From the NCBI RefSeq assembly GCF_038130085.1, contig NZ_JAYPMU010000016.1, positions 12,465-76,464 on the forward strand: DNA of 64,000 nucleotides, given 5' to 3'. Position 1 is the stretch's first letter, and every line of letters starts with the position of its first letter. The stretch is from Halopseudomonas sp. Lineage in GTDB: Bacteria; Pseudomonadota; Gammaproteobacteria; Pseudomonadales; Pseudomonadaceae. Below the pieces are notes generated by a model that saw only the letters and a list, made by a program, of their open reading frames with translations, was not told the origin of the DNA and did no database searches. Below, piece by piece: positions 14,300 through 24,205 of the stretch. A program made the position numbers and the translations under genes.

Positions 14300-14698
14300 G
14301 TGACCACCCAAGCCCTGATTCAGGCCTACTACGACGCCTTCAACGCCGCGGACATGCCCGCTTTCCTTGCCCTGCTCAGCGACGACGTGGTGCACGACAT
14401 TAACCAGGGCGAGCGCCAGATCGGCAAAGCGGTATTCGCCGACTTTATGGACAAGATGAATCGCTGCTACCGCGAACAGCTGACCGACCTGGTCATCATG
14501 GTCAGCGCCGACGGCAGCCGTGCAGCCGCCGAGTTTGTCGTCAACGGCGAATACCTCGCGGACGACGAAGGTCTGCCGCCCGCCAATGGCCAGAAGTATG
14601 TGCTGCCAGCAGGTGCGTTCTTCGAGGTAAAAGACGGCAAGGTCGCGCGCATCAGCAACTACTACAACCTGAACGACTGGGTCGCGCAGGTCTGCTGA
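14300..14698 (+). CDS. Ketosteroid isomerase-related / SnoaL-like (NTF2 fold) protein
   Basis: YYDAFNAAD...LLSDDVVHDINQG...GAFFEVKDGKVARISNYY. Confidence 0.85.
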   Translation: MTTQALIQAYYDAFNAADMPAFLALLSDDVVHDINQGERQIGKAVFADFMDKMNRCYREQLTDLVIMVSADGSRAAAEFVVNGEYLADDEGLPPANGQKYVLPAGAFFEVKDGKVARISNYYNLNDWVAQVC

Positions 14699-14719
14699 AA
14701 ATCGGCAATCGCCAGACAG

Positions 14720-14748
14720 CAAAACGCCCGGCAAAACCGGGCGTTTTG
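14720..14748. terminator. Bidirectional intrinsic terminator
   Basis: CAAAACGCCCGG-CAAAA-CCGGGCGTTTTG between convergent genes. Confidence 0.8.
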
Positions 14749-14765
14749 GGTACTGCAACGAACGC

Positions 14766-16127
14766 TTAGCGCACGCCGGACTGACGCAGGGCAGTCGGAG
14801 TGAAGTCGACGCTGGCCATCTCGTTCTCATACGAGTAGTTGCGACGCTCTTCGTTGTTCATGCCCATCGCCAGATAGCGGCCGGCAATCAGGTCGTACAG
14901 AGTTTCCATGGTGTAACCCGGAACCTCGTCAACAAAGCGCTGAACCGCATGCGCTTCAGCTACACGCCACATTTCGCCACGACCGTCGTAGTGGTCGATG
15001 TGGGCAGCTTGCCAGGTGTCCTCGTCGAGGAAGAAGTGACGCTTGGCGTAGATGTGACGCTCGCTCGGCTTAACGGTAGCAACCACATCCCACACACGAT
15101 GCAACTCATAGCGAGTCAGATCAGAGTTGATGTGACCAGCCTTGAGAATGTCATCGTACTTGAGCTTGTTGGAGCCCAGTTCAAAGCTGTTGTAGGCGAT
15201 GAACATTTCGCGCTTGCCATTGAGCTGCCAGTCGTAACGGTTCGGAGCACCGTTGTACAGATCCAGGTTGTCGGACGTACGCATGCCGTCAGCTGCGGTA
15301 CCCGGACCGTCGTAGGAAACCTGCGGAGCGCGACGAACGCGACGCTGACCAGCGTTGTAAATCCAGGCCATACGCGGCGTGGCAACCTGGTTGATGGTTT
15401 CGTGAACCAGCAACACGTTACCGGCCAGACGCGCGGGATCGGTTACCTGCTGCTTGAAGTAGTACAGCATGTCGGTCGGTTCACCGGCCTTGTAGTCGGT
15501 CAGGCCGCTCGGCAGCGCGTACTGCTCGACGAAACGCACGACGTTGAAGTTACCGTTGACCTGCGGGGTAGCCTGAGTGACGACGCGATCAAAGGTTTCG
15601 CCACGGTAGCGGGTGATCTGGTTCCAGATCACTTCCAGACCGTCGGACGGAATCGGGAAGGCGTAAGCCAGGCTGTAGTTGTTCAGGCCGTTGCCACCTT
15701 CGACCAGCGTGGTGTTTACCGCGTTGCTCTTGGCTGCGTCATACACCTTCTGCGGCAGTGCAGCGGAACGATGAGTCGGGTACACCGGCATCTTGAAGGT
15801 GTCGGGGTAGCGCTTGAACATGGCGATCTGGCCCGGCGCCAGGTTGTCAGCGTACTGCTCGTAGTTAGCAGCAGTGATGACAAACAGCGGCTGCTCGCCA
15901 GCGTATGGGTTGGACAGGAAGCCGTTGGCATCGACCGCCGCAGCGTCGGTTGCCAGACCGCCAGTCCAGGCGGGGATGGTGCCAGCTGCGTTACCGGCAA
16001 CCTCTGCGCCAACCGGCGTCAGGCTGGTGCCGAGTTTGGCTGCTTCCTGCTCACTTACCGCGGCATAAGCGGACTGCGCTACCAGCGCCGTCGCCAGAAG
16101 TGAAGAAACGATAAAGGTGGGTTTCAT
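14766..16127 (-). CDS. DUF1329 domain exported protein
   Basis: Signal peptide, LGTSLTPVGAE..GNAAGTIPAWTGG, WIYNAGQRRVRRAP, and YELHRVW. Confidence 0.88.
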   Translation of the reverse strand: MKPTFIVSSLLATALVAQSAYAAVSEQEAAKLGTSLTPVGAEVAGNAAGTIPAWTGGLATDAAAVDANGFLSNPYAGEQPLFVITAANYEQYADNLAPGQIAMFKRYPDTFKMPVYPTHRSAALPQKVYDAAKSNAVNTTLVEGGNGLNNYSLAYAFPIPSDGLEVIWNQITRYRGETFDRVVTQATPQVNGNFNVVRFVEQYALPSGLTDYKAGEPTDMLYYFKQQVTDPARLAGNVLLVHETINQVATPRMAWIYNAGQRRVRRAPQVSYDGPGTAADGMRTSDNLDLYNGAPNRYDWQLNGKREMFIAYNSFELGSNKLKYDDILKAGHINSDLTRYELHRVWDVVATVKPSERHIYAKRHFFLDEDTWQAAHIDHYDGRGEMWRVAEAHAVQRFVDEVPGYTMETLYDLIAGRYLAMGMNNEERRNYSYENEMASVDFTPTALRQSGVR

Positions 16128-16517
16128 TGAATCGCCCTGTTCTGCTTTTGTGTTTGGGGTAACCGGTCTCAGCGCGTGGCTGCAACGATCATGACCGGTG
16201 TTCGTCCCTCAAGGAGCACGCACTGTGCCTGCGGCCAGTTTTCGGACGCACAACATCGCCCACATCGCTCGGTGATTAATGGACCGGGCAACGCAGCGAT
16301 TGGATTTATTAGGATTCTTATAAGACTTGAGAGGGCGTCGACTCTACTGGTTGCAAGCAAGCTAATCAAGCCCGTTCGTCCCACAGCAGCAGTGAAAAAT
16401 ACAGCAACAAAAAACGCAATAACGGCTCTATTTCGGCACTTACAGACCAAAAATCAAAAAAGCACCTAAGCCCGCCATGAGACATATGTCTTATTGTGGC
16501 GCACGCTCTCAGAAAAC

Positions 16518-16552
16518 AAAAAAACCGCAGCGGTGTCCCACTGCGGTTTTTT
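16518..16552 (-). terminator. Intrinsic terminator after the acyl-CoA ligase gene
   Basis: Minus strand reads CCGCAGTGG-GACA-CCGCTGCGG followed by a U-tract. Confidence 0.8.
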
Positions 16553-16565
16553 GTTTAAAGCCGGA

Positions 16566-18251
16566 TCAAGACAGCGAGGAAATGCACTCCGCACCGGCGT
16601 CCAGCCAGCCGACGATATCGCTACGAATGCGCTTCTTGTCGAGCTTGCCAACACTGGTTTTCGGGATTTCGGCAACCACGGCAATCTGACGTGGGATCGC
16701 CCACTTGTTGATGTGGCCTTCCTCGACAAACGGCGTCAGGTGCTCAGCGATGGCTTGAGCCGTGACGGTCTGACCGGCTGCGGGGATGATCAGCGCAAAC
16801 GGACGCTCGTCCCAGCGTGGGTCAGGCACACCGACCACGGCCACTTCGGCTACCAGCGGGCTGCGGCTGATCAGGTCTTCCAGCTCCAGCGAGGAAAGCC
16901 ATTCGCCGCCAGTCTTGATCACGTCCTTGATACGGTCACGGATGTCGATAAAACCGGTCGGGCTGATGGTTGCCACGTCGCCGGTGTGCATCCAGCCGCC
17001 GGCCCACAGCTCCTGGCTCTTCTCCGGCTCACGGAAGTAAGCCTGGGTCAGCCACGGAGCGCGCAAGACCAGCTCACCCTGGGTTTCGCCGTCCTTCGGC
17101 AGCAGCGAGCCGTCCGGCCCCATGATCTGCGCTTCAACCAGCGGGCCAGGTACACCGGCCTTGATGCGATGCGCAATCTGCTCGTCTTCCGACGCCTGCT
17201 CCAGCTCCAGGTTAATGTAACCGGCGGAGATCATTGGGCACGTCTCGGACATGCCGTAGGCTGCACCCAACTGCATACCCTTGGCCTTGGCTGCCAGATA
17301 CAGCGAGCGGTTCAGGGCGCTGCCGCCGATGATGACGCGCATGCCACCGAAGTCAAAGTCTTTCGCGCCCTGGGCATTGAGCACCATCTGCAGGATGGTC
17401 GGCACACAGTGCGAGAAGGTGACCTTGTGATCCTTGATCAACTGTACCAGGCGCTCCGGCTCGTATCGGCCCGGATAAACCTGCTTGATACCCAGCATGG
17501 TGGCGGTGTAAGGAATGCCCCAAGCGTGCACATGGAACATCGGCGTAATCGGCATGTAGACATCGCGATTACCAAGCTGGCGCACGCTGTCCAGCGCTCC
17601 CAGCGAAGCAGCCTGACCCAGCGTGTGCAAAACCAACTGACGGTGGGTGAAGTACACCCCTTTCGGGTTACCGGTGGTGCCGGTGGTATAGAAGGTAGTG
17701 GCGACCGAGTTCTCGTCGAAATCGGCGAACTCGTATGTCGGCTCGGCAGCAGCCAGCAGCTGCTCGTACTCACCAGCAAAGCCCGGCAGATCTGCGGTCT
17801 TGTCTTCTTCGTCGGTCAGCAGGATGGTCGTGGTGACGGTGGTCAGGTCGTTCTCGATGGCCTTGTAGATCGGCACGAACTCGCTGTTGATCAGCACCAC
17901 GACATCTTCAGCGTGGTTCATTGTGTAGAGAATCTGATCAGGCGACAGGCGGACGTTGATGGTGTGCATCACCGCACCCAGCATCGGAACCGCGAACATG
18001 CACTCCAGATAACGGTGGCTGTCCCAGTCCATCATCGCAACGGTATCGCCCGCTTTCACGCCGGCTTTGGTCAGGGCGTTCGCCAGGCGGCAGACGCGCT
18101 CGTTGAAGGTGCGATAGTCGTAACGAACAAGATCCCGATAGATGATTTCCTGCGTGCGCTCGTAGCGCTGCCCTGTCAGCAGCAGGTTCTTGATCAGCAA
18201 CGGAGTGGAGCGCGCCTCTTCGGTCGGCTTGAGGATACGAGTATTGAGCAT
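16566..18251 (-). CDS. Medium/long-chain fatty acid-CoA ligase
   Basis: FYTTGTTGNPKGV AMP-binding motif, YGMSET, GWMHTGD, DRIKDVIKTGGE; start at MLNTRI (18251). Confidence 0.92.
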   Translation of the reverse strand: MLNTRILKPTEEARSTPLLIKNLLLTGQRYERTQEIIYRDLVRYDYRTFNERVCRLANALTKAGVKAGDTVAMMDWDSHRYLECMFAVPMLGAVMHTINVRLSPDQILYTMNHAEDVVVLINSEFVPIYKAIENDLTTVTTTILLTDEEDKTADLPGFAGEYEQLLAAAEPTYEFADFDENSVATTFYTTGTTGNPKGVYFTHRQLVLHTLGQAASLGALDSVRQLGNRDVYMPITPMFHVHAWGIPYTATMLGIKQVYPGRYEPERLVQLIKDHKVTFSHCVPTILQMVLNAQGAKDFDFGGMRVIIGGSALNRSLYLAAKAKGMQLGAAYGMSETCPMISAGYINLELEQASEDEQIAHRIKAGVPGPLVEAQIMGPDGSLLPKDGETQGELVLRAPWLTQAYFREPEKSQELWAGGWMHTGDVATISPTGFIDIRDRIKDVIKTGGEWLSSLELEDLISRSPLVAEVAVVGVPDPRWDERPFALIIPAAGQTVTAQAIAEHLTPFVEEGHINKWAIPRQIAVVAEIPKTSVGKLDKKRIRSDIVGWLDAGAECISSLS

Positions 18252-18478
18252 TGAATGACCTACTGTTTTTGGGATTGTCAGGACATGGATCGGTCGTAAT
18301 ACGCAACCGGGCAAATGCAATTCATTCCAGAGTAGCCCAGCCAGCGCAAGCGGAAATTATCATACGGATTTTCTTTGCGACCATCATGCGTATAATTGTA
18401 AACAAAGTCGTTTTATGACTGAACTCAGCTTCATAGTTTCAACAACACCCACGCAATAACATCAAGTCAGGAGCCGGT

Positions 18479-19660
18479 ATGTCGGACCAAAGCATCGTAA
18501 TCGTCAGTGGCGTTCGCACCCCTATGGGTGGTTTCCAGGGCAGCCTGTCCAGCATCAGCGCAGTTGACCTGGGCGCCATCAGCATTCGCGAAGCCGTCAG
18601 CCGTGCCGGCATTACTGCCGATGCGGTAGAAGAAGTGATCATGGGCTGCGTGCTGCCCGCCGGTCTGAAGCAGGGTCCGGCCCGTCAGGCCAGTCTGAAC
18701 GCCGGCCTGCCGGCCGCGACCGGCTGCACTACCATCAACAAGCTGTGCGGCTCCGGCATGAAGGCCGTGATGCAGGCCCACGATGCGCTCAAGGCAGGCA
18801 GCAACAGCATCATGGTTGCCGGTGGCATGGAAAGCATGTCCAACGCCCCCTACATCATTGAGAAAGCCCGCACCGGCCTGCGCATGGGCCACGGCGAAAT
18901 CAAGGACCACATGTTCTTCGACGGCTTGGAAGACGCCCGTACCGGTCGCCTGATGGGCTCCTTCGCCCAGGACACCGCCGACCAGAACGGTCTGACCCGC
19001 GAAGACATGGACGCCTACGCAATCGAGTCGCTGAAGCGCGCTCAAGCGGCCATTGAAAGCGGCGTGCTGGCCAATGAAATCATTCCGGTCACCGTCAAGA
19101 CCCGCAAGGGCGACGTTGTTGTCAAAGACGACGAGCAGCCGCTGAACGCCAATCTGGACAAGATCCCGACCCTCAAGCCTGCGTTCAAAAAAGACGGTAC
19201 CGTGACCGCCGCCAACGCCAGCTCCATCTCCGACGGCGCCAGCGCCATCGTCATGATGACGGCCGCCGAAGCCGAGCGCCGCGGCATCAAGCCGCTGGCC
19301 CGCATCGTTGGCCACGCGACCCAGAGCCAGGCCCCCAGCGAGTTCACCCTGGCCCCGATCGGCGCCATGACCAACCTGTTCAACAAGACCGGCTGGACTG
19401 CCGCTGACGTCGACCTGTTCGAGATCAACGAAGCCTTCGCCATGGTTACCATGCTGGCCATGCGTGAGCACGGTCTGGACCACGCCAAGGTCAACATCTA
19501 CGGCGGCGCCTGCGCCCAGGGCCACCCCGTTGGCTCCACCGGCTCGCGCCTGATCGTCACCCTGATCAACGCCCTGCAGCAGACCGGCGGCAAGCGCGGC
19601 GTAGCCTCGCTGTGCATCGGCGGCGGTGAAGCTACCGCAGTCGCTATCGAGCTGGTGTAA
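18479..19660 (+). CDS. Acetyl-CoA C-acyltransferase (thiolase)
   Basis: INKLCGSG, EINEAF, GHPVGSTG and SLCIGGG thiolase motifs. Confidence 0.95.
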   Translation: MSDQSIVIVSGVRTPMGGFQGSLSSISAVDLGAISIREAVSRAGITADAVEEVIMGCVLPAGLKQGPARQASLNAGLPAATGCTTINKLCGSGMKAVMQAHDALKAGSNSIMVAGGMESMSNAPYIIEKARTGLRMGHGEIKDHMFFDGLEDARTGRLMGSFAQDTADQNGLTREDMDAYAIESLKRAQAAIESGVLANEIIPVTVKTRKGDVVVKDDEQPLNANLDKIPTLKPAFKKDGTVTAANASSISDGASAIVMMTAAEAERRGIKPLARIVGHATQSQAPSEFTLAPIGAMTNLFNKTGWTAADVDLFEINEAFAMVTMLAMREHGLDHAKVNIYGGACAQGHPVGSTGSRLIVTLINALQQTGGKRGVASLCIGGGEATAVAIELV

Positions 19661-19741
19661 CAATTCAGACCCGGGTCGCGCAACGCGGCCCGGGCTGTTC
19701 ACCCCCTTCCCGCACAAAATCCTGACCACGCACCACCGCGC

Positions 19742-19758
19742 CGCACCAAAATAGCGCA
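19742..19758. promoter_or_regulatory. NtrC-like binding site upstream of urtA
   Basis: CGCACCAAAATAGCGCA resembles TGCACCA-N3-TGGTGCA; weaker CGCAC half-sites flank it. Confidence 0.5.
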
Positions 19759-19879
19759 CCGCACCACCACGCAGCACCGCAGCCCAACGTCTCGGCAACC
19801 CGCTCTCGTTCTCCCAGCATCGCCCACAGCCCCCATTCCTGAGCGCTTCTGGCGTGACAATGTCAACCAATGTCAAAGC

Positions 19880-19895
19880 TGGCACGTTCTCTGCT
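19880..19895 (+). promoter_or_regulatory. sigma54 (-24/-12) promoter for urtABCDE
   Basis: TGGCAC-GTTCT-CTGCT, with GG and GC at the canonical spacing. Confidence 0.65.
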
Positions 19896-20015
19896 CTGTC
19901 CTGCCCACAGGCTGCGTCGCCAACGACGGCCTGCATGGTCAAGCGGCTTGCCGCCAGACCAGCAGCATCACGCAACAGCCAGGATTCAAGACAACAACAG
20001 AGAAAGGAAAGGAAC

Positions 20016-21314
20016 ATGACTCTGAAGAAGATCGTCAAACAGGTCGGCGCACTCGGCGTCGCCTGCAGCATGGCTCTCGGCGCACTCAGCGCTCAAGCTG
20101 AGGAAACCATCAAGGTCGGCGTACTGCACTCGCTGTCCGGCACCATGGCCATCTCGGAAACCACCCTGAAAGACACCATGCTGATGCTGATCGAAGAGCA
20201 GAACAAGAAAGGTGGCCTGCTCGGCAAACAGCTCGAACCCGTCGTAGTTGACCCGGCCTCCAACTGGCCGCTGTTCGCCGAACGCACCCGCGAGCTGCTC
20301 GAGCAGCACGGCGTCGACGCGATCTTCGGTTGCTGGACCTCCGTTTCACGCAAATCCGTTCTGCCAGTGGTTGAAGAGCTGAACGGCATCCTGTTCTACC
20401 CGGTTCAGTACGAAGGCGAAGAGTCTTCCCGCAACGTGTTCTACACCGGCGCTGCGCCGAACCAGCAAGCCATTCCGGCGGTCGACTACCTGAAGGATGA
20501 AGTCGGCGTCGAGCGCTGGGTTCTGGCCGGTACCGACTACGTCTACCCGCGCACCACCAACCGCATTCTGGAAGCCTATCTGAAGGCCAACGGTGTGGCT
20601 GAAGAAGACATCATGATCAACTACACCCCGTTCGGCCACGCTGACTGGCAGAACATCGTTGCCGAGATCAAGCGTTTCGGCAGCGCCGGCAAGAAGACCG
20701 CCGTGGTGTCCACCATCAACGGTGATGCCAACGTGCCCTTCTACCGCGAACTGGGTAACCAGGGCGTTTCCGCTGAAGACATCCCGGTTGTTGCCTTCTC
20801 TGTTGGTGAAGAAGAACTGTCCGGTATCGACACCGCTCCGCTGGTCGGCCACATGGCGGCCTGGAACTACTTCATGAGCGAAGAGACTCCGGAAAACGAA
20901 GCCTTCATCAAAGCCTGGCACGCCTACATCGGCGACACCAAGCGCGTCACCAACGACCCGATGGAAGCCCACTACATCGGCTTCAACATGTGGGTCAAAG
21001 CAGTTGAAGCTGCTGGCACCACCGATACCGACAAGGTCATCGACGCTATGGTCGGCGTTGAAGTACCGAACCTGACTGGCGGCGTCAGCAAAATGCTGCC
21101 GAACCACCACATCACCAAGCCGGTTCTGATCGGTGAAATCCAGGATGACGGCCAGTTCCTGACCGTATCCAGCACCGAAGAGCTGGTGCCGGGCGATGCC
21201 TGGTCCGACTACCTGGAAGGCAGCAAAGACCTGATCTCCGACTGGACTGCGCCGATCAGCTGCGGCAACTACAACACCCAGACCAAGAGCTGCGTCGGCA
21301 CCACCGCCGAGTAA
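20016..21314 (+). CDS. urtA: Urea ABC transporter substrate-binding protein
   Basis: IKVGVLHSLSGTMAISE, DPASNWPLFAE, GCWTSVSRKSVLP; start at MTLKK after AGGAAAGGAAC. Confidence 0.95.
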   Translation: MTLKKIVKQVGALGVACSMALGALSAQAEETIKVGVLHSLSGTMAISETTLKDTMLMLIEEQNKKGGLLGKQLEPVVVDPASNWPLFAERTRELLEQHGVDAIFGCWTSVSRKSVLPVVEELNGILFYPVQYEGEESSRNVFYTGAAPNQQAIPAVDYLKDEVGVERWVLAGTDYVYPRTTNRILEAYLKANGVAEEDIMINYTPFGHADWQNIVAEIKRFGSAGKKTAVVSTINGDANVPFYRELGNQGVSAEDIPVVAFSVGEEELSGIDTAPLVGHMAAWNYFMSEETPENEAFIKAWHAYIGDTKRVTNDPMEAHYIGFNMWVKAVEAAGTTDTDKVIDAMVGVEVPNLTGGVSKMLPNHHITKPVLIGEIQDDGQFLTVSSTEELVPGDAWSDYLEGSKDLISDWTAPISCGNYNTQTKSCVGTTAE

Positions 21315-21416
21315 TCAGCAGCCATCTGACGGCGGGCCCTGCGCCCGCCCCTGCAACCGGGGCGCCCATCACGCCCCGTTTGCACATTCAGTTCGATATT
21401 CAATCAGGACGATGCC

Positions 21417-23063
21417 ATGAACTCCATCTGCCGTCTGACACCCCGGCATGCCTTGCAGCAATGGCTTACCCGCCTGCTGCTGCTGTGCTTGTGCAGTCTG
21501 CCCCTGCACGCCAGCGCCCAGGAGGCTGAATCAGCCCCCGCAGAACCCACCTTCGACGCACTGGTCAGCCAACTGGCGACCGGCAACCTGCGCCAGCGCG
21601 CAGCCACCGTCGAGCAATTGGCCACCCATCAAGACGAACGTCTGGCCGACATTTTCAACGCCCTTGTTGCCGGCGACCTGCTGGCCAACAAGGACAAGCC
21701 ACCGGTCATCGCCATCCGCACCGGCGACCAGCTGACCAACGCCCTGGATGGCTCAGACCTGACCGGCACCGCCGGCCTGCGCCGCATTCCGGTCAACAAC
21801 AGCCTGCGTACCCAACTGCGCGGCATTGTCGCTCAGCTGAATCTGACTCACCCCAACAGCGAGAAGCGCTACGACGCCGTGCAGCGCTTTATTCGTGATG
21901 GCGTCGACGCCGACACCGCCGCACTGCTCGAGCAGCATCAGCAGAGCGAGGAGTCAGGCCGCGTTAACGACGCGATCGACGCCGCACTGGCCCTGTATGA
22001 CCTGCAAGGCGGTGACCGCGATCAGCGCATGGCCGCTATCGACACGCTCAGCGGCTCCCTCGAACAGGAAGCCCGCAACGCCCTGCGCAGCGTCGCCGAG
22101 AACGATGAAGACGCCGAACTGCGCGCCGCTGCCGCCAAGGCCATCGACTCCATTCAAGGCCGCATCGATTTCTACCGCTTTCTCGAGAACGTGTTCTTCG
22201 GTCTCAGCCTCGGCTCGATCCTGCTGCTGGCCGCCATCGGTCTGGCCATCACCTTCGGCGTGATGGGCGTGATCAACATGGCCCACGGCGAGCTGATCAT
22301 GATTGGTGCCTACACCACCTGGGGCATTCAGGTGCTGTTCCCCGATCTGATCGAGTGGAGCCTGCTGATCGCCATTCCGGCAGCCTTTCTGATCACAGCT
22401 CTGGTCGGCATCGCCATCGAACGCGGCGTGATTCGCTTCCTCTATGGCCGCCCGCTGGAAACCCTGCTGGCGACCTTCGGCCTGAGCCTGGTATTGCAGC
22501 AGGCGGTACGCACCTTGTTCAGCCCGCTCAACCGTTCGGTCAGCTCGCCGGAGTGGATCAGCGGCACCCTGAGCATCAACCCGGTGCTGTCGATCACCTA
22601 CACCCGCCTGTACATCCTGCTATTCGGTCTGGCGGTGTTCTTCGCCCTGATGGTGGTGATGAAACGCACCAGCCTTGGCCTCAAGGTTCGCGCCGTCTCG
22701 CAGAACCGTGCCATGGCCCGCGCCGTGGGCGTGCGCTCCAACTGGATCGACGCGCTTACCTTCGGTCTGGGTTCCGGTATCGCCGGGGTCGCCGGGGTCG
22801 CGCTATCACAGATCACCAACGTCGGCCCCAACCTCGGCCAGGCCTACATCATCGACTCGTTCATGGTGGTGGTATTCGGCGGCGTGGGTAACCTCTGGGG
22901 CACGCTGGTCAGCGCCATGAGCCTGGGTCTGATCAACAACTTCCTCGAGCCCTGGGCCGGCGCGATGCTCGCCAAGGTGCTGGTGCTGATCATGCTGATC
23001 CTGTTTATCCAGAAGAAACCCAAGGGACTCTTCCCGCAGAAAGGACGGGCCGCGGCTGACTGA
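21417..23063 (+). CDS. urtB: Urea ABC transporter permease UrtB
   Basis: N-terminal periplasmic extension, then GVINMAHGELIMIGAY and IIDSFMVVVFGGVG. Confidence 0.93.
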   Translation: MNSICRLTPRHALQQWLTRLLLLCLCSLPLHASAQEAESAPAEPTFDALVSQLATGNLRQRAATVEQLATHQDERLADIFNALVAGDLLANKDKPPVIAIRTGDQLTNALDGSDLTGTAGLRRIPVNNSLRTQLRGIVAQLNLTHPNSEKRYDAVQRFIRDGVDADTAALLEQHQQSEESGRVNDAIDAALALYDLQGGDRDQRMAAIDTLSGSLEQEARNALRSVAENDEDAELRAAAAKAIDSIQGRIDFYRFLENVFFGLSLGSILLLAAIGLAITFGVMGVINMAHGELIMIGAYTTWGIQVLFPDLIEWSLLIAIPAAFLITALVGIAIERGVIRFLYGRPLETLLATFGLSLVLQQAVRTLFSPLNRSVSSPEWISGTLSINPVLSITYTRLYILLFGLAVFFALMVVMKRTSLGLKVRAVSQNRAMARAVGVRSNWIDALTFGLGSGIAGVAGVALSQITNVGPNLGQAYIIDSFMVVVFGGVGNLWGTLVSAMSLGLINNFLEPWAGAMLAKVLVLIMLILFIQKKPKGLFPQKGRAAAD

Positions 23064-23107
23064 TCGCCGCCCCCCATCCACAGCCACACGAAATTAACGA
23101 GGGAAGT

Positions 23108-24205
23108 ATGCTTACCCAACGACTGTTACTCAGTGATCGGGGCGGAATGCTGGTGCTGGGCCTGGTGCTGCTCACCACCATCATCGTGCCGATTCTCAAT
23201 CTGGCGGTGCCGACCGACTCACCGCTGTACGTTTCCAACTTTACCGTCGGCCTGCTCGGCAAGTTTCTCTGCTTTGCCCTGCTGGCCCTCTCGGTGGACC
23301 TGATCTGGGGCTACGCCGGCATCCTGTCGCTCGGTCACGGCGCCTTCTTCAGCCTTGGCGGCTACGCGATGGGCATGTACCTGATGCGCCAGATCGGCGA
23401 CCGCGGCGTCTACGGCCACCCGGAGCTGATGGACTTCATGGTGGTGCTCAACTGGGACACGCTGCCCTGGTACTGGCAGGGCTTCGACATGTTCTGGTTC
23501 GCCATGCTGATGGTACTGCTGGTGCCGGGCCTGCTGGCTCTGGTGTTCGGCTGGCTGGCGTTCCGTTCACGGGTGACCGGCGTCTACTTCGCCATCATCA
23601 CCCAAGCGCTGACCTACGCGCTGATGCTCGCTTTCTTCCGCAACGAAATGGGCTTTGGCGGCAATAACGGCCTGAACGACTTCAAGGAAATCCTCGGCTT
23701 TGATCTGGCGGCCAAGACCACCCGTGTCGGGCTGTTCGTGGCATCTTCCATCGCACTGATCCTGGGTTACATGGCCTGCCGCTACATCGTCACCTCACGC
23801 ATGGGCCGGGTGATCATCGCCATCCGTGATGCCGAAAGCCGCACTCGCTTCAGCGGGTATCAGGTCGAAAGCTACAAGCTCTGGCTGTTTGTCTTCTCCG
23901 CCATGCTGGCCGCGGTGGCCGGCGCGCTCTATGTGCCGCAGGTCGGCATCATCAACCCGGGCGAGTTCTCCCCGCTCAACTCCATCGAAATGGTGGTCTG
24001 GGTCGCAACCGGCGGCCGTGGCACCCTGTTCGGCGCCATCGTCGGCGCGTTCAGCGTCAACTACGCCAAGACCTTCTTCACCACCTTCTCGCCGGAAACC
24101 TGGCTGTTCATCCTCGGCGGTCTGTTCGTACTGGTAACCCTGCTGCTGCCCAAGGGCATCGTGGGTCTGTTCGACCGCTTCAGCCGCAAGGGAGACAAAC
24201 AATGA
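23108..24205 (+). CDS. urtC: Urea ABC transporter permease UrtC
   Basis: DLIWGYAGILSLGHG, QALTYA, GFGGNNG and YVPQVGIINP. Confidence 0.93.
   Translation: MLTQRLLLSDRGGMLVLGLVLLTTIIVPILNLAVPTDSPLYVSNFTVGLLGKFLCFALLALSVDLIWGYAGILSLGHGAFFSLGGYAMGMYLMRQIGDRGVYGHPELMDFMVVLNWDTLPWYWQGFDMFWFAMLMVLLVPGLLALVFGWLAFRSRVTGVYFAIITQALTYALMLAFFRNEMGFGGNNGLNDFKEILGFDLAAKTTRVGLFVASSIALILGYMACRYIVTSRMGRVIIAIRDAESRTRFSGYQVESYKLWLFVFSAMLAAVAGALYVPQVGIINPGEFSPLNSIEMVVWVATGGRGTLFGAIVGAFSVNYAKTFFTTFSPETWLFILGGLFVLVTLLLPKGIVGLFDRFSRKGDKQ

Noticed and set aside
19919-19930. Single ANTAR-like hairpin GCC-AACGAC-GGC in the urtA leader
   Set aside because: I found no second hexaloop hairpin or overlapping terminator, and ANTAR targets need the pair.
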